A stretch of DNA of 64,000 nt, from positions 62,001 through 126,000 of the forward strand of contig NW_024704836.1 of NCBI RefSeq assembly GCF_018977255.1. Reading direction: 5' to 3'. Made by a program: the position numbers and the translations under genes. Within the stretch, counting starts at the first letter, position 1. Each line of letters starts with the position of its first letter. Of this stretch, positions 50,399-62,296 are shown piece by piece. The DNA comes from Callorhinchus milii. Its lineage: Eukaryota. The notes below the pieces were generated by a model that was not told the DNA's origin, did no database searches, and saw only the letters and a list, made by a program, of their open reading frames with translations.

Positions 50399-51051
50399 CA
50401 CAGCGTGAGAGAGAGACAGATCTCTCGTACATAAACCTCACACAGGATACACAACGACTCGATTCTATACACACACACACACACACCAGCCCCTCCCCCA
50501 CCAACACCTGCCCTCAGTCTCTGCAGAAATAAAACCCATCAACACAGACGATTGAGGACAGAGAGAAATAGAGGTTCAGGGCCGGAGTAGCCACGGCTCC
50601 ATGTCGCCCACTCTCCACACTGTTCCCTCTGTGTCTCTGAATCTGGGACCAATTTAGTGATCTTGTGTTCCTGACCGATACCCCGGGGGAGGCTGTAACT
50701 TCACTAAAAGGCTTCCCTTTCCTCTCACCTCAAACCTCCCGCCTCACTTTCAGGTAACGCATTCCAGATGCATCTGTCTCTATCTCTGAATTTGGAACCA
50801 ATTTTGGGACCCGCTGTACCCAGTTCATACCCCGGGGGAGGCTGTAGCTACACTAAGACACCTCCCCTCCTCCCCAGCTCCACCTCCCATCACTGGGGGG
50901 AGGTGAGGCCCACTTCCGATGTGCAGACTTTACTCTGTCAGAGCTTCATTCCAGAGACATAGAGAGAGGGAGAGACAGAGAGACAGTGACAGAGAGAGGA
51001 ACCTGAGCTCTGGTGTGAAGTTCCCAATGTTAATCCAAGTCTCTGCCAACA

Positions 51052-51608
51052 ATGAGTCTGTCCTTTCTCACTGTCTATCTGATCTCCATCCTCTGGCCCT
51101 GTGAGTATCTCTCAACATCTCTCAATTCCCTTCAGGCTCCCAAATACACTGGGATTTCATATCATCCTCCACTCAACATCACCCCTTCGCCTCTATTGAT
51201 GGATGTCCGCGATGATCCCGCTTTGTGTGTGTGTGTGTAATCCATTGATCACCTCCTTTCAGCCCAGATTCCCTGTCGGAGCGATCTCACTGTTATATTG
51301 TCTTTGCAGGTCTGTCACTGGGAGCTTTGGTGACTCAGAGGCCGCGGACAGTCACAGCCAGAGAGGGGGAGACAGTGAGTTTGAATTGTCACCAGAAGGA
51401 CACAGCCTATCAAACAATGCTGTGGTACCTCCAACCCCATCAGGGAGGCCTCACATTGATTGGATACGGTTATGCGTCAAACCCAACGATGGAGGATGCT
51501 TACAAACTTGAGTACGAAGTTAAACAGACAGACGATTATAAGAACTGTTCCCTGGAGATCAAGAAGGCAACCCAGGAGGGGGTGTATTACTGCGCTGCGA
51601 GAGAAGGG
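51052..51608 (+). CDS. V33, intact duplicate of V8 (RSS 51609-51647)
   Basis: ORF 51327..51644. Confidence 0.92.
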
Positions 51609-52478
51609 CACAGCGTGAGAGAGAGACAGATCTCTCGTACATAAACCTCACACAGGATACACAACGACTCGATTCTATACACACACACACCAGCCCCTCC
51701 CGCGCCAACACCTGCCCTCAGTCTCTGCAGAAATAAAACCCATCAACACAGACGATTGAGAGACAGAGAGAAATCGAGGTTCAGGGCCGGAGTAGCCACG
51801 GCTCCATGTCGCCCACTCTCCACACTGTTCCCTCTGTGTCTCTGAATCTGGGACCAATTTAGTGATCTCGTGTTCCTGACCAATACCCCGGGGGAGGCTG
51901 TAACTTCACTAAAAGGCTTCCCTTTCCCCACATCTCAAACCTCCCACCAATGTCCCACTGGTGGGTGGGGCACGAGACCGATGTAGAATCACAGAATTAT
52001 ACAGCGCAGATGGAGGCCATTCAGCTCATTGTGTCTGTGCCGGTCTTTGAAAAGAGCTTCCAATTCAACCCCACTCCCCCCTCTCACCCCATAACCTGCA
52101 AACTTGTCCTCCACAAATAGGTATCTACTTGTCTCATAAAAGCTGTTATCGAATGGGTTTCCACCAGCCTTTCAGGCAACGCATTACAGATGCATCTGTG
52201 TCCCTATCTCTGAATTTGGAACCAATTTTGGGACCCGCTGTACCCAGTTCATACCCTGGGGTAGGCTGTAGCTTCACTAAGACACCTCCCCTCCTCCCCA
52301 GCTCCACCTCCCATCACTGGGGGGAGGTGAGGTCCACTTCCGATGTGGTACAGACTTTATTCTGCCAGAGCTTCATTCCAGAGACATAGAGAGAGGGAGA
52401 GACAGAGAGACACAGATAGAGAGAGGAACCTGTGCTCTGGTGTGAGGTTCCCAAAGTTAATCCAAGTCTCTGCCAACA

Positions 52479-53046
52479 ATGAGTCTGTCCTTTCTCACTG
52501 TCTCTCTGATCTCCAACCTCTGGCCCTGTGAGTATCTCTCAACATCTCTCAATTCCCCTCAGGCTCCCAAATACACTGGGATTTCATATCATCCTCCCCT
52601 CTCTATGTCTGAGAAGATCCGGCTCTGTGTATGTGTGTGTATGTGTATGTGTGAGTGTGTGCGCCCGTATGTGTATGTAATTCCGGGGATCAGACCAGGA
52701 CATTCCCTGTGGGCAGGATGATGGATGTTATATTGTCTTTGCAGGTCTGTCACTGGGAGCTTTGGTGACTCAGGAGCCCCGGACAGTCACAGCCAGAGAG
52801 GGGGAGACAGTGACTTTGAGATGTTCCCAGCATGACAGTGCCCTTAATACAATGCTCTGGTACGTCCAACCCCATCAGGGAGGCCTCACATTGATCGGAT
52901 ATAACCGAGCCTCAACCACCTATGAGGACAAGTTTAAATCCGGCTACAACATTACCAAGACACCTGACAGAATGAACTCCACCCTGGAGATCTCCAACAT
53001 CAACCCAACCCAGGAGGGGGTGTATTACTGCGCTGCGAGAGAAGGG
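52479..53046 (+). CDS. V34, intact (RSS 53047-53085); CSQHDSALNTM / YNRASTTY
   Basis: ORF 52762..53082, leader 52479-52527. Confidence 0.92.
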
Positions 53047-53657
53047 CACAGCGTGAGAGAGAGACAGATCTCTCGTACATAAACCTCACACAGGATACAC
53101 AACCACTCGATTCTATACACACACACCAGCCCCTCCCGCGCCAACACCTGCCCTCAGTCTCTGCAGAAATAAAATCCATCAACACAGACGATTGAGAGAC
53201 AGAGAGAAATAGAGGTTCAGGGCCGGAGTAGCCACGGCTCCATGTCGCCCACTCTCCACACTGTTCCCTCTACGTCTCCGAGCCAACGACTAATTTTATG
53301 AGCAACTGTTCCCAGGCCATACTTTGGTGGAGGCTGTAGCTTCACTAAGACAAACCCACTCCCCCACATCTCCTCTCCAACCAATGTCCCACAAGGTGGG
53401 TGGGGGGTGGGTGGGGGGAGAGGCCACTTCCGATTTGGTGCCGACACTTTGGTGTCATTGGAGCTTTCCTTATCCAGAGCTTCATTCCACAGAGATAGAG
53501 TGAGAGAGACAATGTTTAGGATTGAGGTGGCGAGTTATTGGGAAAGTTAACCCAAAAGTGAGAGTGTGAATGTTAAAGAGTGAGTGTATGTGAGAGAGAG
53601 AGAGGAACCTGAGCTCTGGTGTGAGGTTCCCAATGTTAATCCAAGTCTCTGCCAACA

Positions 53658-54195
53658 ATGAGTCTGTCCTTTCTCACTGTCTCTCTGATCTCCATCCTCT
53701 GGCCCTGTGAGTATCTCTCAACATCTCTCTCATCCCCGTAAACTCTCAAATCCACAAGGAATTCATATCACATCCTCTCTCTGTCCGCGATGATCGCGCT
53801 TTGTGTGTGTGCGTAATCCATTGAACACCCCCCAGGACATTCAGCCCAGATTCCGTGTCGGCGGATCTCACTGTTATATTGTCTTTGCAGGTCTGTCACT
53901 GGGAGCTTTTGTGACTCAGAGGCCGCGGACAGTCACAGCCAGAGAGGGGGAGACAGTGACTTTGAGATGTTACCAGAATAACACTAAATATGAAACAATG
54001 CTCTGGTACCTCCAACCCGATCAGGGAGGCCTCACATTGATCGGATATGCTGTTCTGTCAAACCCAACGTATGAGAAAGGCTTTGAATCTGGTTACAACA
54101 TTACACAGAGTAATGACAAGAAGAAATCATCCCTGGAAATCTCCAGCATGAACCCAACCCAGGAGGGGGTGTATTACTGCGCTGCGAGAGAAGGG
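53658..54195 (+). CDS. V35, intact duplicate of V10 (RSS 54196-54234)
   Basis: ORF 53803..54231. Confidence 0.92.
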
Positions 54196-54629
54196 CACAG
54201 CGTGAGAGAGAGACAGATCTCTCGTACATAAACCTCACACAGGATACACGACTCGATTCTATACACACACACACCAGCCCCTCCCCCGCCAACACCTGCC
54301 CTCAGTCTCTGCAGAAATAAAACCCATCAACACAGACGATTGCGAGACAGAGAGAAATCGAGGTTCAGGGCCGGAGTAGCCACGGCTCCATGTCGCCCAC
54401 TCTCCACACTGTTCCCTCTGTGTCTCTGAATCTGGGACCAATTTAGTGATCTCGTGTTCCTGACCAATACCCCGGGGGAGGCTGTAACTTCACTAAAAGG
54501 CTTCCCTTTCCCCTCATCTCAAACCTCCCACCAATGCCTCACTTTCAGGCAACGCATTACAGATGCATCTGTGTCTCTATCTCTGAATTTGGAACCAATT
54601 TTGGGACCCGCTGTACCCAGTTCATACCC

Positions 54630-54725
54630 CGGGGGAGGCTGTAGCTTCACTAAGACACCTCCCCTCCTCCCCAGCTCCACCTCCCATCACTGGGGGGAGG
54701 TGAGGCCCACTTCCGATGTGGTGCA
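54630..54725 (+). promoter_or_regulatory. Representative V promoter module: GGAGGCTGTAGCTTCACTAA plus ETS/RUNX-like CACTTCCGATGTGGT (54708-54722), ~130 bp 5' of the ATG
   Basis: Recurs upstream of most leaders; CGGAAGT is an ETS core and TGTGGT the RUNX consensus; function inferred. Confidence 0.5.
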
Positions 54726-54851
54726 GACTTTACTCTGTCTGAGCTTCATTCCAGAGACATAGAGAGAGGGAGAGACAGAGAGACAGTGACAGAGAGAGGA
54801 ACCTGAGCTCTGGTGTGAGGTTCCCAATGTTAATCCAAGTCTCTGCCAACA

Positions 54852-55385
54852 ATGAGTCTGTCCTTTCTCACTGTCTCTCTGATCTCCATCCTCTGGCCCT
54901 GTGAGTATCTCTCAACATCTCTCTCATCCCCGTAAACTCTCAAATCCACAGGGATTTCATATCACACCCTCGCTCTATCGGTGATGATCGCTTTGTGTTT
55001 GTGCGTAATCCATTGAACACCCCCCAGGACATTCAGCCCAGATTCCCTGTCGGAGGGATCTCATTGTTATATTGTCTTTGCAGGTCTGTCACTGGGAGTT
55101 TTGGTGACTCAGGGGCCGCGGACAGTCACAGCCACAGAGGGGGAGACAGTGAGTTTTACATGTTATCAGAATGACAGTGCCCTTGATACAATGCTCTGGT
55201 ACATCCAACCCCACCAGGGAGGCCTCACATTGATCGCATATATCTATATGTCCCCAACGTATGAGAAAGGCTTTGAATCCGGCTACAACATGACAAAGAC
55301 AACTAATGACAAGGAATCCACCCTGGAGATCTCCAGCTTGAACCCAACCCAGGAGGGGGTGTATTACTGCGCTGCGAGAGAAGGG
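54852..55385 (+). CDS. V36, intact (RSS 55386-55424); CYQNDSALDTM / YIYMSPTYEKGF
   Basis: ORF 55101..55421, leader 54852-54900. Confidence 0.92.
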
Positions 55386-56002
55386 CACAGCGTGAGAGAG
55401 AGACAGATCTCTCGTACATAAACCTCACACAGGATACACAACCACTCGATTCTATACACACACACACACACCAGCCCCTCCCCCGCCAACACCTGCCCTC
55501 AGTCTCTGCAGAAATAAAACCCATCAACACAGACGATTGAGAGACAGAGAGAAATCGAGGTTCAGGGCCGGAGTAGCCACGGCTCCATGTCGCCCACTCT
55601 CCACACTGTTCCCTCTACGTCTCCGAACCAACGACTAATTTTATGACCAACTGTTCCCAGGCCATACTTTGGGGGAGGCTGTAGCTTCACTAAGACACCC
55701 CCACTCCCCCACATCTCCTCTCCAACCAATGTCCCACAAGGTGGGTGGGGGTGGGTGGGGGGAGAGGTCACTTCCGATTTGGTGCCGACACTTTGGTGTC
55801 ATTGGAGACTTTCCTTTTCCAGAGCTTCATTCCACAGAGATAGAGTGAGAGAGACAATGTTTAGGATTGAGGGGGAGAGTTATTGAGAAAGTTAACCCAA
55901 AAGCGAGAGTGTGAATGTTAAAGAGTGAGTGTATGTGAGAGAGAGAGAGGAACCTGAGCTCTGGTGTGAGGTTCCCAATGTTAATCCAAGTCTCTGCCAA
56001 CA

Positions 56003-56531
56003 ATGTCCTTTCTCACTGTCTCTCTGATCTCCATCCTCTGGCCCTGTGAGTATCTCTCAACATCTCTCTCATCCCCGTAAACTCTCAAATCCACTGGGAA
56101 TTCATATCACACCCTCTCTCTGTCCGCGATGATCGCGCTTTGTGTGTGTGCGTAATCCATTGAACACCCCCCAGGACATTCAGCCCAGATTCCCTGTCGG
56201 CGGATCTCATTGTTATATTGTCTTTGCAGGTCTGTCACTGGGAGCTTTGGTGACTCAGTGGCCGCGGACAGTCACAGCCAGAGAGGGGGAGACAGTGACT
56301 TTGAATTGTCACCAGGACGACAGCTCTCTTACTGTGATGCTCTGGTACATCCAACCCCATCAGGGAGGCCTCACATTGATCGGATATAACCAATATTCAA
56401 CCACATATGAGGACAAGTTTAAATCCGGCTACAACATTACCAAGACACCGGACAGAATGAACTCCACCCTGGAGATCTCCAGCGTGAACCCAACCCAGGA
56501 GGGGGTGTATTACTGCGCTGCGAGAGAAGGG
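56003..56531 (+). CDS. V37, intact (43-bp leader; RSS 56532-56570); CHQDDSSLTVM / YNQYSTTY
   Basis: ORF 56142..56567. Confidence 0.92.
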
Positions 56532-57761
56532 CACAGCGTGAGAGAGAGACAGATCTCTCGTACATAAACCTCACACAGGATACACAACCACTCGATTCTA
56601 TACACACACACACACACCAGCCGCTCCCCCGCCAACACCTGCCCTCAGTCTCTGCAGAAATAAAACCCATCAACACAGACGATTGAGAGACAGAGAGAAA
56701 TCGAGGTTCAGGGCCGGAGTAGCCACGGCTCCATGTCGCCCACTCTCCACACTGTTCACTCTACGTCTCTGAATCTGGGACCAATTTTGTGATCTCGTGT
56801 TCCTGACCAATACCCCGGGGGAGGCTGTAACTTCACTCGGTTAGTTCCTGGGATGAGTGGACTGACCTATGAGGAGAGACTGAATAAACTGGGACTGTAT
56901 TTTCTGGAGTACAGAAGAATTAGGGGGATCTTATTAAAACATATAAGATTATTAAAGGGCTGATAAAGTAGACACTGAGGGTCTGTTTCCCCGGTGGGAG
57001 AATCTATAACCGGGGGTCACAGTCTTAACATTAAGGGTCAGCCTTTTAGAACAGAGTTGAGGAAACATTTCTTCACTCAGAGGGCAGTGACTTTATGGAA
57101 TCCACTCCCCCAGAAGGCTGTAGATGTCAGTCCTTGAACATCTTCAAGGCTGAGACTGAGAGATGTTTAAAAAATAGAGGGATTAGCGGATATGGGGATA
57201 GAGCAGGTAATTAGAGTTAGGTCTGAAGATCAGCTGTGATCTTATCAAATGGCGGTGCAGCTCGAGGGGCCGAATGGCCGACTCCTGCTCCTAATTCTTA
57301 TGTTCTTATGTTCACTCACAGGCTTCCCTTTCCCCACAAAAGAGCTTCCAATTCAACCCCACTCCCCCGCTCTCTCCCCATAACCTGCAAACTTGTCCTC
57401 CCCAAATAGTTATCTACTTCGCCCTTAGAAGCTGTTATCGAATGGGCTTCCACCAGCCTTTCAGGTAATGCATTCCAGATGCATCTCTATCTCTGAATTT
57501 GGCACCAATTTTGGGACTCGCTGTACCCAGTTCATACCCTGGGGGAGGCTGTAGCTTCACTAAGACACGTCCCCTCCTCCCCAGCTCCACCTCCCATCAC
57601 TGGGGGGAGGTGAGGCCCACTTCCGATGTGGTGCTGACTTTACTCTGTCAGAGCTTCATTCCAGAGACATAGAGAGAGGGAGAGACAGAGAGACAGTGAC
57701 AGAGAGAGGAACCTGAGCTCTGGTGTGAGGTTCCCAATGTTAATCCAAGTCTCTGCCAACA

Positions 57762-58296
57762 ATGAGTCTGTCCTTTCTCACTGTCTCTCTGATCTCCATC
57801 CTTTGGCCCTGTGAGTATCTCTCAACATCTCTCTCATCCCCATAAACTCTCAAATCCACAGGGAATTCATATCACACCCTCTCTCTGTCCGCGATGATCG
57901 CACTTTGTGTGTGTGCGTAATCCATTGAACACCCCCCAGGACATTCAGCCCAGATTCCCTGTCGGCGGATCTCATTGTTATATTGTCTTTGCAGGTCTGT
58001 CACTGGGAGCTTTGGTGACTCAGAGGCCGCGGACAGTCACAGCCAGAGAGGGGGAGACAGTGACTTTGAGATGTAGCCACAACGACAAATCCCTTGATAC
58101 GATGCTTTGGTACATCCAACCCCATCAGGGAGGCCTCACATTGATTGGATATAATGAATACTCAACCGTATATGAGGATAGGTTTAAATCCGGCTACAAC
58201 ATTACCAAAACACCCAACAACATGAACTCCACCCTGGAGATCACCAACATCAACCCAACCCAGGAGGGGGTGTATTACTGCGCTGCGAGAGAAGGG
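57762..58296 (+). CDS. V38, intact (RSS 58297-58335); CSHNDKSLDTM / YNEYSTVYEDRF
   Basis: ORF 57907..58332. Confidence 0.92.
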
Positions 58297-59184
58297 CACA
58301 GCGTGAGAGAGAGACAGATCTCTCGTACATAAACCTCACACAGGATACACAACGACTCGATTCTATACACACACACACACACCAGCCCCTCCCCCGCCAA
58401 CACCTGCCCTCAGTCTCTGCAGAAATAAAACCCATCAACACAGACGATTAATAGACAGAGAGAAATCGAGGTTCAGGGCCGGAGTAGCCACGGCTCCATG
58501 TCGCCCACTCTCCACACTGTTCCCTCTGTGTCTCTGTCTCTGAATCTGGGACCAATTTTGTGATCTCGTGTTCCTGCCCAATACCCCGGGGGAGGCTGTA
58601 ACTTCACTGAAAGTCTTCCCTTTCCCCACAACTCAAACCTCCCACCAATGCCCCACTGTTGGGTGGGGCACGAGAGCCACTTCCAATGTAGAATGATAGA
58701 ATTATACAGCGCAGATGGAGGCCATTCGCCTCATCGTGTCTGTGTCGGTCTTTGAAAAGAGCTTCCAATTCAACCCCACTCCCCCACTCTCTCCCCATAA
58801 CCAGCAAACTTGTCCTCCCCAAATAGGTATCTACTTGTCTCATAAAAGCTGTTATCGAATGGGCTTCCACCAGCCTTTCAGGCAACGCATTACAGATGCA
58901 TCTGTGTCCCTATCTCTGAATTTGGAACCAATTTTGGGACCCGCTGTACCCAGTTCATACCCCGGGGGAGGTTGTAGCTACACTAAGACACGTCCCCTCC
59001 TCCCCAGCTCCACCTCCCATCACTGGGGGGAGGTGTGGCCCACTTCCGATGTGGTGCAGATTTTACTCTGTCAGAGCTTCATTCCAGAGACATAGAGAGA
59101 GGGAGAGACAGAGAGACACAAACAGAGAGAGGAACCTGAGCTCTGGTGTGAGGATCCCAATGTTAATCCAAGTCTCTGCCAACA

Positions 59185-59714
59185 ATGAGTCTGTCCTTTC
59201 TCACTGTCTCTCTGATCTCCATCCTCTGGCACTGTGAGTATCTCTCAACATCTCTCTCATCCCCGTAAACTCTCAAATCCACAGGGATTTCATATCACAC
59301 CTCTCTCTGTACGCGATGATCGCGCATTGTGTGTGTGCGTAATCCATTGAACACCCCCAGGACATTCAGCCCAGATTCCCTGTCGGCGGATCTCATTGTT
59401 ATATTGTCTTTGCAGGTCTGTCACTGGGAGCTTTGGTGACTCAGTTGCCGCGGACAGTCACAGCCAGAGAGGGGGAGACAGTGACTTTGAGATGTTACCA
59501 GAAGGACAGTGCCCTTAATACAATGCTGTGGTACCTCCAACCCCATCAGGGAGGCCTCACATTGATTGGATACGGTTATGCGTCAAACCCAACGATGGAG
59601 GATGCTTACAAACTTGACTACGAAGTTAAACAGACAGACGACTATAAGAACTGTTCCCTGGAGATCAAGAAGGCAACCCAGGAGGGGGTGTATTACTGCG
59701 CTGCGAGAGAAGGG
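59185..59714 (+). CDS. V39, intact (RSS 59715-59753); CYQKDSALNTM / YGYASNPTMEDAYK, extra FR3 Cys
   Basis: ORF 59433..59750. Confidence 0.92.
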
Positions 59715-60094
59715 CACAGCGTGAGAGAGAGACAGATCTCTCGTACATAAACCTCACACAGGATACACAACGACTCGATTCTATACACACACACACCAGC
59801 CCCTCCCGCGCCAACACCTGCCCTCAGTCTCTGCAGAAATAAAACCCATCAACACAGACGATTGAGAGACAGAGAGAAATCGAGGTTCAGGGCCGGAGTA
59901 GCCACGGCTCCATGTCGCCCACTCTCCACACTGTTCCCTCTGTGCCTCTGTCTCTGAATCTGGGACCAATTTTGTGATCTCGTGTTCCTGACCAATACCC
60001 CGGGGGAGGCTGTAACTTCACTAAAAGGCTTCCCTTTCCCCACATCTCAAACCTCCCACCAATGCCCCACTGGTGGGTGGGGCACGAGACCGAT

Positions 60095-60305
60095 GTAGAA
60101 TCACAGAATTATACAGCGCAGATGGAGGCCATTCGGCTCATTGTGTCTGTGCCGGTCTTTGAAAAGAGCTTCCAATTCAACCCCACTCCCCCGCTCTCTC
60201 CCCATAACCTGCAAACTTGTCCTCCACAAATAGGTATCTACTTGTCTCATAAAAGCTGTTATCGAATGGGCTTCCACCAGCCTTTCAGGCAACGCATTAC
60301 AGATG
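60095..60305 (-). mobile_element. Representative ~210-bp CR1 3' end co-amplified in many spacers (also ~2770, 4180, 14030, 20710, 22120, 26450, 27100, 30115, 31520, 36890, 39480, 40895, 51980, 58690)
   Basis: WNALPERLVEAHSITAF..VDTYL CR1 ORF2 end plus ATTCTGTGATTCTA tail. Confidence 0.85.
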
Positions 60306-60591
60306 CATCTGTGTCCCTATCTCTGAATTTGGAACCAATTTTGGGACCCGCTGTACCCAGTTCATACCCTGGGGGAGGCTGTAGCTACACTAAGACACCT
60401 CCCCTCGTCCCCAGCTCCACCTCCCATCACAGTGGGGAGGTGAGGTCCACTTCCGATGTGGTACAGACTTTACTCTGCCAGAGCTTCATTCCAGAGACAT
60501 AGAGAGAGGGAGAGACAGAGAGACACAGATAGAGAGAGGAACCTGTGCTCTGGTGTGAGGTTCCCAAAGTTAATCCAAGTCTCTGCCAACA

Positions 60592-61156
60592 ATGAGTCTG
60601 TCCTTTCTCACTGTCTCTCTGATCTCCATCCTATGGCCCTGTGAGTATCTCTCAACATCTCTCAATTCCCCTCAGGCTCCCAAATACACTGGGATTTCAT
60701 ATCATCCTCCCCTCTCTATGTCTGAGAAGATCCGGCTCTGTGTATGTGTGTATGTGTATGTGTGAGGGTGTGCGCCCGTATGTGTATGTAATTCCGGGAA
60801 TCAGACCAGAACATTCCCTGTGGTCAGGATGACGGATGTTATATTGTCTTTGCACGTCAGTCACTGGGAGCTTTGGTACTCAGGAGCCGCGGACAGTCAC
60901 AGCCAGAGAGGGGGAGACAGTGACTTTGAGATGTAGCCACAACGACAAATCCCTTAACATGATGCTTTGGTACATCCAACCCCATCAGGGAGGCCTCACA
61001 TTGATCGGATATAACCAAGCCTCAACCACCTATGAGGACAAGTTTAAATCCGGCTACAACATTACCAAGACACCAGACAGAATGAACTCCACCCTGGAGA
61101 TCTCCAACATCAACCCAACCCAGGAGGGGGTGTATTACTGCGCTGCGAGAGAAGGA
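60592..61156 (+). CDS. V40, canonical acceptor lost but predicted in frame via a new AG at 60859-60860 (RSS 61157-61195); CSHNDKSLNMM / YNQASTTY
   Basis: Leader 60592-60640 is phase 1; an exon starting at 60861 falls in the 60836..61192 frame. Confidence 0.65.
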
Positions 61157-61767
61157 CACAGCGTGAGAGAGAGACAGATCTCTCGTACATAAACCTCACA
61201 CAGGATACACAACGACTCGATTCTATACACACACACACCAACCCCTCCCCCGCCAACACCTGCCCTCAGTCTCTGCAGAAATAAAACCCATCAACACAGA
61301 CGATTGAGAGACAGAGAGAAATAGAGGTTCAGGGCCGGAGTAGCCACGGGTCCATGTCGCCCACTCTCCACACTGTTCCCTCTACGTCTCCGAGCCAACG
61401 ACTAATTTTATGAGCAACTGTTCCCAGGCCATACTTTGGTGGAGGCTGTAGCTTCACTAAGACAAACCCACTCCCCCACATCTCCTCTCCAACCAATGTC
61501 CCACAAGGTGGGTGGGGGTGGGTGGGGGAGAGGCCACTTCCGATTTGGTGCCGACACTTTGGTGTCATTGGAGCTTTCCTTATCCAGAGCTTCATTCCAC
61601 AGAGATAGAGTGAGAGAGACAATGTTTAGGATTGAGGTGGCAAGTTATTGAGAAAGTTAACCCAAAAGTGAGAGTGTGAATGTTAAAGAGTGAGTGTATG
61701 TGAGAGAGAGAGAGGAACCTGAGCTCTGGTGTGAGGTTCCCAATGTTAATCCAAGTCTCTGCCAACA

Positions 61768-62296
61768 ATGAGTCTGTCCTTTCTCACTGTCTCTCTGATC
61801 TCCATCCTCTGGCCCTGTGAGTATCTCTCAACATCTCTCTCATCCCCGTAAACTCTCAAATCCACAAGGAATTCATATCACATCCTCTCTCTGTCCGCGA
61901 TGATCGCGCTTTGTGTGTGTGCGTAATCCATTGAACACCCCCCAGGACATTCAGCCCAGATTCCCTGTCGGCGGATCTCACTGTTATATTGTCTTTGCAG
62001 GTCTGTCACTGGGAGCTTTGGTGACTCAGAGGCCGCGGACAGTCACAGCCAGAGAGGGGGAGACAGTGACTTTGAATTGTCACCAGGACGACAGCTCTCT
62101 TACTGTGATGCTCTGGTACATCCAACCCCATCAGGGAGGCCTCACATTGATCGGGTATGTCGTTAACTCAGCGATAACGTATGAGAAATCTGGCCACAAC
62201 ATTACCAAGACACCTGACAACATGAACTCCACCCTGGAGATCTCCAGCATAAACCCAACCCAGGACGGGGTGTATTACTGCGCTGCAAGAGAAGGG
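61768..62296 (+). pseudogene. V41, intact ORF with non-functional RSS (CAAAGCG, 21-bp spacer; 62297-62333); CHQDDSSLTVM / YVVNSAITYEKSGH
   Basis: The invariant CAC of the heptamer is broken and the spacer is 2 bp short. Confidence 0.8.
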
